Origin: Escherichia coli
GTDB taxonomy: Bacteria; Pseudomonadota; Gammaproteobacteria; Enterobacterales; Enterobacteriaceae
NCBI RefSeq assembly: GCF_045037415.1
Contig: NZ_CP173438.1
Length of the DNA stretch: 64,000 bases
Strand: one strand, 5' to 3'
Both the position numbers and the translations under genes were made by a program. This document shows, piece after piece, positions 9,551 to 19,242 of this stretch. Each line of letters begins with the position of its first letter. The first letter of the stretch is position 1. The notes beneath the pieces were generated by a model. The model was given only the letters and a program-made list of their open reading frames with translations. It ran no database searches and had not been told where the DNA came from.

Positions 9551-12295
9551 TCATGGCTGAATATCTGCAAACGCAGCAGCAAGAAATTCGTCGATTTGTT
9601 GTTTATGTACACGCCCATACCCTGTCGCTGGTGCTGCCGCTGCCGGGCGGCCTGCATACTGCCAGTAAGGAGTGTTAATTTTCAGTGCCGCCAGCTCATG
9701 ACGAATCTGCCGCCACGCGCCCTGGTTTTCTGGCTCTTCCTGCAACCAAATCCATTCGCAGCAGTTCGGCCAACTCGCCAGAACATCATTCAGTTCTGCG
9801 ACCGGGAACGGGTAGAGTTGCTCCAGGCGAACAATCGCTACCTCGTCTTCATGCTCACGCTGCTTACGGGCTTCCAGTACGTCGTAATAGACCTGGCCGC
9901 TACACAAAATAACGCGCTTAACTTTCTGGGACTGATGCAATTGCGGATCGGTGATTACCGGTTTATAAGCGTCATCAGTGAATTCACAAAGCTCGCTCAT
10001 CGCGCCTTTAAACCGAAGTAAACGCTTACTCATCATTATCACTAACGGTTTGCGCATTGGGCGTAATGCCTGACCGCGCAACAAATGGAACATTTGTGCT
10101 GACTCACTGGGCATCACCACCTGCATGTTGTTTTCTGCGCACAGTTGCAGCCAGCGCTCAGGACGTGCGGAAGAGTGCTCCGGCCCTTGTCCGTCATAGC
10201 CATGCGGCAGAAGAATGGTTAAACCGCTATAGCGATCCCACTTGGTTTCGCCAGACGAGATAAATTGGTCAATAGCAACCTGAGCGCCGTTGGCAAAGTC
10301 ACCAAACTGTGCTTCCCAAATAACCAGTTGCTGAGGCGCAGACGTTGAATAGCCATATTCAAAGGCTAAGAGCGCTTCTTCATTAAGCACCGAATCATAA
10401 ACATCGAAAGATGCCTGACCAGCGCGGATATGCTGTAACGGCAGATAACGACGGGCTTCCGTTTGATGATGTACCACTGCATGGCGATGACTGAACGTGC
10501 CACGCCCTGAGTCTTCACCAGAAAGACGCACACCAACACCCGCATCCACAAGCGATGCATAGGCCAGCATTTCAGCCATTCCCCAGTCTACTGGCTGAGT
10601 ACCTGCGGCCATATCCTGGCGTAACGCCAGTTGCCGTTTAATGGTAGGATGTGCGACCACATCGGGTGGCAGTGTAGAAATGATTTCACCATACGCTGCC
10701 AGCTTTTGCCGAGGCAATGCCGTAGATACCGGGGCGCTCCAGTGAGGGTTGGTCAACCCATACCAGTTAGCGCTAAAAGAGTGAATTGCAGGTTTGAGAG
10801 GCTGCGGTTCACGTTTCTGGCAGCTATCCAGCCAGTCGCGATAGCGTGCCGTCATCTCATCTTGTTGCGCCTGAGTTAACAGGCCGCGGCGGGCAAGAGA
10901 TTCACCATAACGGGCGAGCGTACCAGGGTGAGCATCCACTGCCTGATACATTTGTGGCTGGGTAAGACGTGGCTCATCGCTTTCGTTGTGTCCGTGCTTA
11001 CGGAAGCAGCAAATATCGATGATGATGTCACGCCGGAAGGTGTCTCGCCATTCGCACGCCAGTTCCATTACCTGGCAAACAGCGTCAACGTCATCGCCAT
11101 TAACGTGGATAATTGGGGCCGCTACCATTTTGGCAATATCGGTGCAGTACCGTGAAGAACGCATATCCTGCAAGCGGGAAGTGGTGAAGCCAATCTGATT
11201 GTTAATCACCAGATGTAGCGTACCGCCAGTGCCGTAGCCCTGAGTCTGCGATAAGTTAAACGTGGTTTGGTTGACGCCGAGGCCGCCCAACGCGGAATCC
11301 CCATGAATAAGTACGCCCACCACTTTTGCCTGACCATCCTCACCACGGCGTTCCTGCCTGGCTCGCACCTGGCCCAGCACCACCGGATTCACGATCTCCA
11401 GATGTGAGGGGTTATACGCCAGCGCCACATGCAGCGAACCGGCAGGTGTTTCCAGATTGCTGGAATACCCCATGTGGTATTTCACATCGCCTGAACCACT
11501 GCCGATCGTCTGCTTGCCTTCAAACTCAGCAAAAAGCTGTGCCGGGTCTTTATTCAACAGATTAACCAGAACATTAAGTCTTCCCCGGTGCGCCATGCCA
11601 ATGACCATTTCCTCCACACCTTGCGCACGCAGGCGTTTTGTCAGCGTATCGAGCGCCGGGATTGCACTTTCGCCCCCTTCCAGAGAAAACCGTTTCTGCC
11701 CAACATAACGGGTATGCAGATAACGCTCTAACGTCTCTGCCGCCATCAGTTTTTCAAAACGAGCAATACAGGTTTGGGCATCAGCTTGTGGCGCATTGCT
11801 GCTCTCAATCCGTGATAACAACCAGTTGATTTCTTCACGATTTTCCAGATGAGCAAGTTCATAAGCCTGGCTACTGGCCCAGGCTTGCTCCAGCAGGTTA
11901 AGCAGTTGCTTAAGTGGCATTTGCGTGGTGTGTGCGCCAAAGGTGACGCTAAACTCCTGCAACAAGTCTTCTTCGCTTAATCCCCAAAAACCAGGCTGGA
12001 GGGAGGGAACGTCAGCCGGGGGATTCAAACCAAGTGGATCAAGCTTTGCGCGCAGATGCCCCTGCGTGCGCCAGGCATTGATCAGTTGTATTACCGCAGC
12101 CTGTTTTTTTAAGGTCGCACCGCTGATATTGTTATCACCGGATACGCTTTGGACAGTCAGTTCAGGTGAAAGAAAAAAACGCCGCCAGTCTTCCGGGAGT
12201 TGTTCCGGCGTACGCAACCAGGTCTGGTAGTACTCTTCAAGCCAGGTCGCGTTATCTCCACTAAGCAGCGTGCCGGGCGAGGTCATGTTCTCCAT
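9551..12295 (-). CDS. 2-oxoglutarate dehydrogenase E1 paralog (SucA-like)
   Basis: ORF 9551..12418 trimmed to ATG at 12295 (MENMTSPG...) with AGGAGA RBS; >900 aa, SucA-like. Confidence 0.8.
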   Translation of the reverse strand: MENMTSPGTLLSGDNATWLEEYYQTWLRTPEQLPEDWRRFFLSPELTVQSVSGDNNISGATLKKQAAVIQLINAWRTQGHLRAKLDPLGLNPPADVPSLQPGFWGLSEEDLLQEFSVTFGAHTTQMPLKQLLNLLEQAWASSQAYELAHLENREEINWLLSRIESSNAPQADAQTCIARFEKLMAAETLERYLHTRYVGQKRFSLEGGESAIPALDTLTKRLRAQGVEEMVIGMAHRGRLNVLVNLLNKDPAQLFAEFEGKQTIGSGSGDVKYHMGYSSNLETPAGSLHVALAYNPSHLEIVNPVVLGQVRARQERRGEDGQAKVVGVLIHGDSALGGLGVNQTTFNLSQTQGYGTGGTLHLVINNQIGFTTSRLQDMRSSRYCTDIAKMVAAPIIHVNGDDVDAVCQVMELACEWRDTFRRDIIIDICCFRKHGHNESDEPRLTQPQMYQAVDAHPGTLARYGESLARRGLLTQAQQDEMTARYRDWLDSCQKREPQPLKPAIHSFSANWYGLTNPHWSAPVSTALPRQKLAAYGEIISTLPPDVVAHPTIKRQLALRQDMAAGTQPVDWGMAEMLAYASLVDAGVGVRLSGEDSGRGTFSHRHAVVHHQTEARRYLPLQHIRAGQASFDVYDSVLNEEALLAFEYGYSTSAPQQLVIWEAQFGDFANGAQVAIDQFISSGETKWDRYSGLTILLPHGYDGQGPEHSSARPERWLQLCAENNMQVVMPSESAQMFHLLRGQALRPMRKPLVIMMSKRLLRFKGAMSELCEFTDDAYKPVITDPQLHQSQKVKRVILCSGQVYYDVLEARKQREHEDEVAIVRLEQLYPFPVAELNDVLASWPNCCEWIWLQEEPENQGAWRQIRHELAALKINTPYWQYAGRPAAAAPATGYGRVHKQQIDEFLAAAFADIQP

Positions 12296-12330
12296 GTTTT
12301 TCTCCTGATGGTCATAGACAGCTGCATTAC

Positions 12331-12346
12331 TGCACAATCCGTACCA
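12331..12346 (-). promoter_or_regulatory. candidate sigma54 (-24/-12) promoter of the sucA-like operon
   Basis: Minus-strand TGGTACGGATTGTGCA (TGG...GC with canonical spacing) ~36 bp upstream of the start codon. Confidence 0.45.
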
Positions 12347-12440
12347 ACAGTTAAAAACACTAATTTTCAAAAACTTATAGAAAAGAGATGATGTAAAAGT
12401 GGGCGAAAAAAGGGACAAAATAGTAGGGAGTGGCTGGAGT

Positions 12441-12464
12441 CAGGAACAGGCGGAGAGATCCGCC
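12441..12464. promoter_or_regulatory. perfect 10-bp inverted repeat (candidate activator binding site and/or tyrB 3' hairpin)
   Basis: AACAGGCGGA-GAGA-TCCGCCTGTT, ~100 bp upstream of the candidate sigma54 promoter and 13 bp past the tyrB stop; no U tract. Confidence 0.35.
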
Positions 12465-12476
12465 TGTTGATTAAAA

Positions 12477-13670
12477 TCACATCACCGCAGCAAACGCCTT
12501 TGCCACGCGATGCACATTTTGCGTGTTAAGCCCGGCGACACACATGCGACCGCTGGCGATGAGATAGACACCAAATTCTTCACGTAGTTGGTCAACCTGA
12601 GCGGCACTTAAACCGGTATAACTGAACATGCCGCGCTGATTAAGCAGATAATCGAAATTGCGTTCTGGCATCTCTGTGCTCAATACCTTCACCAGTTCCT
12701 GACGCATTGCCAGAATGCGAGTTCGCATCTCTTCTACTTCCACCAGCCAGCTGGCTTTCAATGCCTCGTCATTCAGCACCGCAGCCACCACCTGCGCACC
12801 AAAATTCGGCGGGCTGGAGTAGTTGCGGCGAACAGTTGCTTTCAATTGCCCCAGTACGCGGCCTGCGGCTTCGGCATCTTCACACAGAACAGAAAGTCCG
12901 CCGACGCGCTCGCCGTAAAGGGAGAAAATTTTCGAGAACGAATTGCTCACCAGAGCGGGTAATCCAGCGCTGGCAATGGCGCGAATGGCGTAGGCATCCT
13001 CTTCCATACCGGCACCAAATCCTTGATAGGCAATATCAAGAAATGGGATAAGCTCACGGGCTTTGAGAATTTCAATCACCGCATCCCACTGCTCATTAGT
13101 GAGATCGGCACCCGTTGGGTTGTGGCAACATGGATGCAGCAACACAATACTGCGGGCAGGTAATGTTTTCAGCGTCGCCAACAGGTCATTAAAGCGCACG
13201 CCGTTAGTCGCTTCGTCATACCAGGGGTAAGTACTTACTTCGAATCCAGCCCCGGCGAATATTGCTACGTGGTTTTCCCAGGTAGGATCGCTGACCCAGA
13301 CGCTTGATTCCGGGAAGTAGCGTTTCAGGAAATCTGCGCCCACTTTCAATGCCCCTGAGCCGCCAAGGGTTTGAATGGTTGCTACGCGCTGTTGTTGCAG
13401 TACCGGATGGTCCGCACCAAACAGCAGCGGCGCAATGGCATGGCGATAGCTGTTAAGCCCTTCCATCGGTAAATAAAGCGAAGCACCATGAGGCTGCGCA
13501 TTCAGGCGCGCTTCCGCATCCGCCACGGCTTTCAGTTGTGGAATAATTCCGTCTTCGTTGTAGTACAGACCGATACTTAAATTCACTTTGTCGCTGCGAG
13601 GGTCTTCTTTAAAACGCTCCATAAGCGTAAGAATCGGGTCGCCAGCGTAGGCGTCAACTTTTTGAAACAC
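12477..13670 (-). CDS. tyrB: aromatic amino acid aminotransferase
   Basis: TyrB-like 397 aa from GTG start at 13670 ([13 protein letters not shown]...); ORF-finder N-terminal extension removed. Confidence 0.9.
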   Translation of the reverse strand: MFQKVDAYAGDPILTLMERFKEDPRSDKVNLSIGLYYNEDGIIPQLKAVADAEARLNAQPHGASLYLPMEGLNSYRHAIAPLLFGADHPVLQQQRVATIQTLGGSGALKVGADFLKRYFPESSVWVSDPTWENHVAIFAGAGFEVSTYPWYDEATNGVRFNDLLATLKTLPARSIVLLHPCCHNPTGADLTNEQWDAVIEILKARELIPFLDIAYQGFGAGMEEDAYAIRAIASAGLPALVSNSFSKIFSLYGERVGGLSVLCEDAEAAGRVLGQLKATVRRNYSSPPNFGAQVVAAVLNDEALKASWLVEVEEMRTRILAMRQELVKVLSTEMPERNFDYLLNQRGMFSYTGLSAAQVDQLREEFGVYLIASGRMCVAGLNTQNVHRVAKAFAAVM

Positions 13671-13751
13671 GCGATGGTTCTCCAGGTTTACGGGCAGGTG
13701 GTTAAACCACAATAAACCGGAAGAAGGCGAAGATCGAGAGGATGTTCAAAG

Positions 13752-14780
13752 TCAGTCGGGAAGTTGGCGAAGAATTTGCTCCACTCGCTCTTGCAGTGGC
13801 CCCGAAACCGAAAGATAAGGAATGTTCCTGCGCGACAATTCCTGTTCATACCACACCTGTTGCCGTGCGCGAAATACCTCTCCTTGCCGGGTGCCATCCT
13901 GCACGAAGGGAAATTCTGCGCCGCAAAGCACTACCAGAGAGTATTCCCGCTCCGCCAGTTGGTGAAGTTCTTGCGGAGCATGACCATATTGATCAAGGGC
14001 ATAGAATAAGGTCGTGAGTGGCGACGTGTCACATATAAGATAGTGATTAGCTTCTGCTTGTTGTTCCCGGCGTACCTGTTCGCAGGCGATATGCAACAAA
14101 TCATCCGCAGTTAAGATACCGTTTTTTTCTTCCCAATAGTCGCGGCCAAATTCAGCGACATACACCGTATCAAGCACGCCCGCCAGCGCTTTTGAAAGCG
14201 TGCTTTTACCGGTAGATTCGCCACCAAGCAGACAGATACGGCGAACGAAACTGTAATAAACATCATTCGCCAACATGTAGCGATAGCGGTGAACATCGGA
14301 ACGAATAAGCGTTCCCGAAGGCGCTTCATCGCCAACTGGGCGCGCCATTCGAACGTGTTCAACGGGTTGGGCAAAACGCCGCGCCAGCACGTTAGCAAAG
14401 CCATCGCCATAGTCTTCTGCAGTAAATACAGCGTGTGGGCGGCAACGTAATATCTGCAAGCATAGCGTCGCCACATAATGACGGTGGATGTCGGCATCAG
14501 CATTGTTATGCGGGATAGCAGGTAAGTTATAACGCGCAACAAGCTCTGGCGTCAGTACCAAAAACGTCGCTTGCGGGAAGCGCACTTGCAGCCACGTCAG
14601 GCGCTTTTCAGGTTCACAGTCAGGCATTTCCGGCACGGAATAACTGATGATGAACAGTTCTTCACATTGCGCCAGTGCGGTATTGATCAACTTTTCATGA
14701 CCACAATGCAAAGGCGCGAATTTACCAACCACCAGACCCGTTGCAAAAGGCTTCATGATGTTTGCAACTCTTTGCGCCAT
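13752..14780 (-). CDS. NadR-like bifunctional NMN adenylyltransferase / ribosylnicotinamide kinase lacking the N-terminal HTH
   Basis: HxGH nucleotidyltransferase motif (HCGH), Walker A GGESTGKST; 342 aa; alternative start MKPF at 14756 abuts the pnuC-like stop. Confidence 0.65.
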   Translation of the reverse strand: MAQRVANIMKPFATGLVVGKFAPLHCGHEKLINTALAQCEELFIISYSVPEMPDCEPEKRLTWLQVRFPQATFLVLTPELVARYNLPAIPHNNADADIHRHYVATLCLQILRCRPHAVFTAEDYGDGFANVLARRFAQPVEHVRMARPVGDEAPSGTLIRSDVHRYRYMLANDVYYSFVRRICLLGGESTGKSTLSKALAGVLDTVYVAEFGRDYWEEKNGILTADDLLHIACEQVRREQQAEANHYLICDTSPLTTLFYALDQYGHAPQELHQLAEREYSLVVLCGAEFPFVQDGTRQGEVFRARQQVWYEQELSRRNIPYLSVSGPLQERVEQILRQLPD

Positions 14781-15310
14781 TGATACAAACCATACCAGGC
14801 GTTAATCCAGAACAGGAAATATAAGCCAGCGGTCAGGTTTAAACCGCGCGTCATATACAGTGGCACCGCCAGGGTATTCACCGCTAACCAGACGTACCAG
14901 TTTTCGATACGTCTTCCCATCAACATGAATTGTGCCAGAACGCTGAAGGTCAAAATCAACGAATCCAGCCAGGGTGCCCAAGCATTGGTAAAGGTGTGGA
15001 GTAAAAAGCCGTAACCGCCTGCCACGACGACAGCACAGAGCAACAAAAGGAAAAAGTGACTGGCTTGCGTTCGGCGCACCGGCAAGATGTCGCCACCCTG
15101 ACCTTTCAGCCAGTGGATCCAGCCAGTGATGCTGGTCACGATGAAGAATAACTGGAGCGTAACGTCGGCATAGAGTTGCACGGACCAAAAAACCCAGCCG
15201 TACAATATGCTGCCAATTATGCCGATCCACCATGTATGCACATTGTTTCTGGCAGCCAGCCAGACGGAAACCGCGTATGCCAGACACGCGGCGATTTCTG
15301 AATAAGACAT
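14753..15310 (-). CDS. PnuC-family nicotinamide riboside transporter-like membrane protein (short form)
   Basis: 185 aa, Trp-rich TM segments typical of PnuC; 22 bp after alr stop. Confidence 0.6.
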   Translation of the reverse strand: MSYSEIAACLAYAVSVWLAARNNVHTWWIGIIGSILYGWVFWSVQLYADVTLQLFFIVTSITGWIHWLKGQGGDILPVRRTQASHFFLLLLCAVVVAGGYGFLLHTFTNAWAPWLDSLILTFSVLAQFMLMGRRIENWYVWLAVNTLAVPLYMTRGLNLTAGLYFLFWINAWYGLYQWRKELQTS

Positions 15311-15332
15311 TGTCCCTCCCTGGAGACGAATA

Positions 15333-16412
15333 TTAATCCACGTATTTCATCGCGACTCTTGAAGTCAGGCGCGTAATAAGTTCGTAAGCACTTACCTTCG
15401 TCATTTCAGCGATACGTTCTACGGGCAAACCTTCGCCCCATAAAATGACCGGGGCCCCGGCTTTATCCTGCGCCTGTGGACCTAAGTCTACGCAGATCAT
15501 ATCCATCGCCACGCGCCCGACAATCGGCACTTCGCGACCGTTCACCAGCACTGGCGTACCGGACGGCGCGGCGCGCGGATAACCATCGCCATAGCCCATC
15601 GCGACTACGCCAAGACGAGTATCACGTTCGCTTACCCAGGTTCCACCATAACCGACAGGCTCTCCGGCTTTATGCTCACGCACGGCAATCAGGCTGGAGG
15701 TTAGCGACATCACTGGCTGACAGCCAAAATCGGCACCGGTGGAGCGATCTTCCAGCGGAGATACGCCGTAAAGAATGATGCCCGGGCGCACCCAGTCAAA
15801 ATGCGACTGTGGCCAGAGTAAAATGCCACCCGACGCGGCAATGGAACGTTGACCAGGCTTGCCTTCGCAAAAGGTATTAAAGATAGCGAGTTGCTTCTCG
15901 GTTGCGCCACATTTTGGTTCATCCGCGCGCGCAAAATGGCTGACGATATTCACCGGCTGACGAACGTTTTTGCACTGGGTCAGACGATGATAAAACGCCT
16001 CAGCCTGTTCCGGCCTTACGCCCAGACGGTGCATACCGGTATCGAGTTTCATCCAGACGGTAACCGGCTCGTCCAGGTTAGCCTCTTCCAGCGCAGCAAG
16101 CTGTTCTTCGTTATGCACGGCGGTATGAAAATGTTGCGCAGAAATCGTCGGTAGATCTCTGGCATCAAAAAAGCCTTCGAGTAAAAGTACAGGTTTGGTG
16201 ATTCCCCCCGCACGCAGTCGCAGAGCTTCTTCGAGACGGGCTACGCCAAAGGCGTCAGCATCGGGGAGCGTTCGCGCGGTCTCAAGAAGACCGTGACCAT
16301 AAGCGTTCGCTTTCACCACCGCAACCATTTTACTGGCAGGTGCCAGTTCACGAAGACGTTGCAGGTTGTGTCGCAGAGCGCGGCGGTTAATCACAACAGT
16401 TGCCGCTTGCAT
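15333..16412 (-). CDS. alr: alanine racemase (biosynthetic)
   Basis: 359 aa; PLP-lysine region [11 protein letters not shown]. Confidence 0.92.
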   Translation of the reverse strand: MQAATVVINRRALRHNLQRLRELAPASKMVAVVKANAYGHGLLETARTLPDADAFGVARLEEALRLRAGGITKPVLLLEGFFDARDLPTISAQHFHTAVHNEEQLAALEEANLDEPVTVWMKLDTGMHRLGVRPEQAEAFYHRLTQCKNVRQPVNIVSHFARADEPKCGATEKQLAIFNTFCEGKPGQRSIAASGGILLWPQSHFDWVRPGIILYGVSPLEDRSTGADFGCQPVMSLTSSLIAVREHKAGEPVGYGGTWVSERDTRLGVVAMGYGDGYPRAAPSGTPVLVNGREVPIVGRVAMDMICVDLGPQAQDKAGAPVILWGEGLPVERIAEMTKVSAYELITRLTSRVAMKYVD

Positions 16413-16464
16413 TTGTGTTCCTTGATAAGTGTTTGCTTTAATTACCTAATTCATAAAATAATTA

Positions 16465-17880
16465 TTATTCGTCGTCGTACTGCGGCCCCGCATAGTTGTC
16501 GAAGCGCGACCATTGACCGTTAAAGGTCAGGCGTACCGTCCCGATTGGGCCGTTACGTTGTTTACCGATAATAATTTCCGCGATGCCTTTTAAATCACTG
16601 TTTTCGTGATACACCTCATCACGATAGATAAACATGATCAAGTCCGCATCCTGCTCGATAGAGCCAGATTCACGCAGGTCGGAGTTGACCGGGCGTTTGT
16701 CGGCACGTTGTTCCAGAGAACGGTTCAACTGGGACAGCGCCACCACCGGCACGTTCAGTTCTTTCGCCAGTGCTTTCAGCGAGCGGGAGATTTCTGCAAT
16801 TTCCAGCGTACGGTTATCGGAAAGCGCCGGTACGCGCATCAGTTGCAGGTAGTCGATCATGATAAGCCCGATGCCGCCGTGTTCACGGGCAATACGGCGT
16901 GCGCGGGAACGCACTTCCGTTGGCGTCAGGCCGGAGGAATCATCGATATAGATATTGCGTTTTTCGAGCAAAATACCCATGGTGCCGGAAATGCGTGCCC
17001 AATCTTCATCATCGAGCTGCCCGGTACGGATTTTAGTCTGGTCAACACGCGACAGCGACGCCAGAGAACGCATCATAATCTGTTCTGATGGCATCTCCAG
17101 CGAGAAGATAAGTACCGGTTTATCCTGCAACATCGCCGCGTTTTCGACGAGGTTCATCGCAAATGTCGTTTTACCCATCGACGGACGCGCGGCAACGATG
17201 ATCAAATCCGACGGCTGCAAGCCAGCGGTTTTTTTGTTGAGATCGTCATAACCGGTGTTTACCCCGGTAACGCCATCGTGTGGCTGCTGAAACAACTGCT
17301 CAATACGCGCCACGGTTGCGTCGAGCACATCGGCGATGTTCTTCGGCCCTTCGTCTTTGTTTGCACGACTTTCGGCAATTTTGAAGACGCGGGATTCAGC
17401 AAGGTCCAGCAGATCTTCACTGGTACGCCCTTGTGGATCAAAACCGGCTTCGGCAATCTCATTCGCAACGGAGATCATCTCACGGACAACGGCACGTTCG
17501 CGCACGATATCCGCATAGGCACTGATGTTCGCCGCACTTGGCGTATTTTTTGACAGCTCTGCCAGATAAGCAAAACCACCGACGCTATCGAGTTGCCCCT
17601 GGCGTTCCAGCGATTCCGCAAGGGTAATCAGATCGATAGGACTACCGCTTTCCTGCAAACGCGCCATTTCAGTAAAGATATGACGGTGTGGGCGGGTGTA
17701 AAAATCGTCTGCCACCACACGCTCGGCTACATCATCCCAGCGTTCGTTATCCAGCATTAAACCGCCCAACACCGACTGCTCCGCTTCGATCGAGTGCGGA
17801 GGCACTTTCAGCCCGGCAACTTGTGGATCGCGTTCGCGGTTATCAGTCTGTTGTTTGTTGAAAGGTCTATTGCCTGCCAT
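16465..17880 (-). CDS. dnaB: replicative DNA helicase
   Basis: 471 aa from MAGNRPFNKQQ...; Walker A ARPSMGKT; ORF-finder extension trimmed. Confidence 0.93.
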   Translation of the reverse strand: MAGNRPFNKQQTDNRERDPQVAGLKVPPHSIEAEQSVLGGLMLDNERWDDVAERVVADDFYTRPHRHIFTEMARLQESGSPIDLITLAESLERQGQLDSVGGFAYLAELSKNTPSAANISAYADIVRERAVVREMISVANEIAEAGFDPQGRTSEDLLDLAESRVFKIAESRANKDEGPKNIADVLDATVARIEQLFQQPHDGVTGVNTGYDDLNKKTAGLQPSDLIIVAARPSMGKTTFAMNLVENAAMLQDKPVLIFSLEMPSEQIMMRSLASLSRVDQTKIRTGQLDDEDWARISGTMGILLEKRNIYIDDSSGLTPTEVRSRARRIAREHGGIGLIMIDYLQLMRVPALSDNRTLEIAEISRSLKALAKELNVPVVALSQLNRSLEQRADKRPVNSDLRESGSIEQDADLIMFIYRDEVYHENSDLKGIAEIIIGKQRNGPIGTVRLTFNGQWSRFDNYAGPQYDDE

Positions 17881-17952
17881 AACGAATGGTGTTACCTGCT
17901 GTTGAATGGGGGACAAGAGAGTATAGCGAGAAACAGTTTCTCGCTACAGCAT

Positions 17953-18987
17953 TTAACGCCCCCGCTTTCCGGTGGAAGCGCGAATTTGCAGGGTCGGGCG
18001 ATAGATGTAATGGCTGAGCGGTGCGTCTGGTTGCGCAATACGCCGTAAAATTTGCTGCGCCGCCTGTTTCCCCAGAGCCAATGGTTCTACCGCAATTGTG
18101 GTTAACGGCGGGTTACTGTAAGCACAAGCCGCCACGCCATCATTACCAATCAACGAAATATCTTCCCCGGCAAATAATCCTCTTTCGCCTAGTGCCGACT
18201 CCGCGCCAAAAGCCATTAAATCGTTATAACAAATCACCGCTGTGGGTGGCGAAGGCATATCCAACAGCTGTTGCATCAACTGGTAGCCGTTGGCCTGAGT
18301 CGGTTCAGCACGCAGCGAAAAAGCATCAGTACTCCACGGCTGTAAACCATGGTGATTCATCGCCTCAAGGTATCCCTGATAACGCATATGGTGCGTAAGA
18401 CCACCAATAAACACGATATCTCTGTGCCCTTGTTGAATGAGATATTCCGTCGCTTCCCGTACACCTGCGTGGCTGTCCACGCCAACGTAATCGACGGGCA
18501 ATTGTTGCCAATCCAGAGGGCGCATCGTGATTAATAAGGGTGTGGAACTGTTGGCATAACGCTGTAAATCGGCTTCTGAGGTACTGTTCACTGGACAGAG
18601 GACAATGCCCGCGACGTGGTGTTCCAGCAAGGTATCAAGCACCTGTTTTTGCCGGTCACTACGCTGGGAGGTATTGGACATCACGGTGATAAAACCGTGC
18701 TCCGCCAGCGTCATCTCAAGACCCATAGTAAATTCAGCGAAGAAAGGATTTATCAAATCGTCAATGACTACGCCGATAGTTAGCGATTTTTGCGAACGCA
18801 GATTGGCAGCAAAACGGTTATAGACATAGCCTAATTGTTCAATGGCTTGCTGGACTTTTTGTTGCGTCTCTTTTTTGATAAGTGAACTGTCGTTGAGAAC
18901 CAGCGATACAGTCGATTTCGAAACGCCAGCCGCACGCGCAACATCGGTTAATGTTACCCGCTTTCTTCCTGTATCCGACTTCGCCAT
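17953..18987 (-). CDS. LacI-family transcriptional regulator
   Basis: N-terminal HTH (VTLTDVARAAGVSKSTVSLVLN) + periplasmic-binding-protein-like domain; start ATG 18987; divergent from the 19243 operon. Confidence 0.8.
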   Translation of the reverse strand: MAKSDTGRKRVTLTDVARAAGVSKSTVSLVLNDSSLIKKETQQKVQQAIEQLGYVYNRFAANLRSQKSLTIGVVIDDLINPFFAEFTMGLEMTLAEHGFITVMSNTSQRSDRQKQVLDTLLEHHVAGIVLCPVNSTSEADLQRYANSSTPLLITMRPLDWQQLPVDYVGVDSHAGVREATEYLIQQGHRDIVFIGGLTHHMRYQGYLEAMNHHGLQPWSTDAFSLRAEPTQANGYQLMQQLLDMPSPPTAVICYNDLMAFGAESALGERGLFAGEDISLIGNDGVAACAYSNPPLTTIAVEPLALGKQAAQQILRRIAQPDAPLSHYIYRPTLQIRASTGKRGR

Positions 18988-19047
18988 GCCTGCTCCAAAC
19001 CCCCATAAGATCAAGGCAATTACTTTATCATAATCTCCTTTTACTCA

Positions 19048-19074
19048 TGCGATCCGTTAACGCAAGGGATCGCA
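19048..19074. promoter_or_regulatory. candidate operator palindrome in regulator/operon intergenic region
   Basis: TGCGATCC-N11-GGATCGCA inverted repeat in the AT-rich divergent promoter region. Confidence 0.3.
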
Positions 19075-19242
19075 GGAGATCGTCGTTTCGATCACAGATT
19101 CGCACTTCCCTTGTTGTGTTTTTTACACCCTAATCGTACAAATTACGCATAAATTAGATCGTTCCAATTAATTTATGAAAATTATCATATTGTTTTAAAT
19201 GTATATTTTTAATTATTTTTATATCGAAACAAGGAAATTATT

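Noticed and set aside
16606-17088. 160-aa plus-strand ORF inside dnaB
   Set aside because: Antisense to a highly conserved essential gene; no RBS or independent support.
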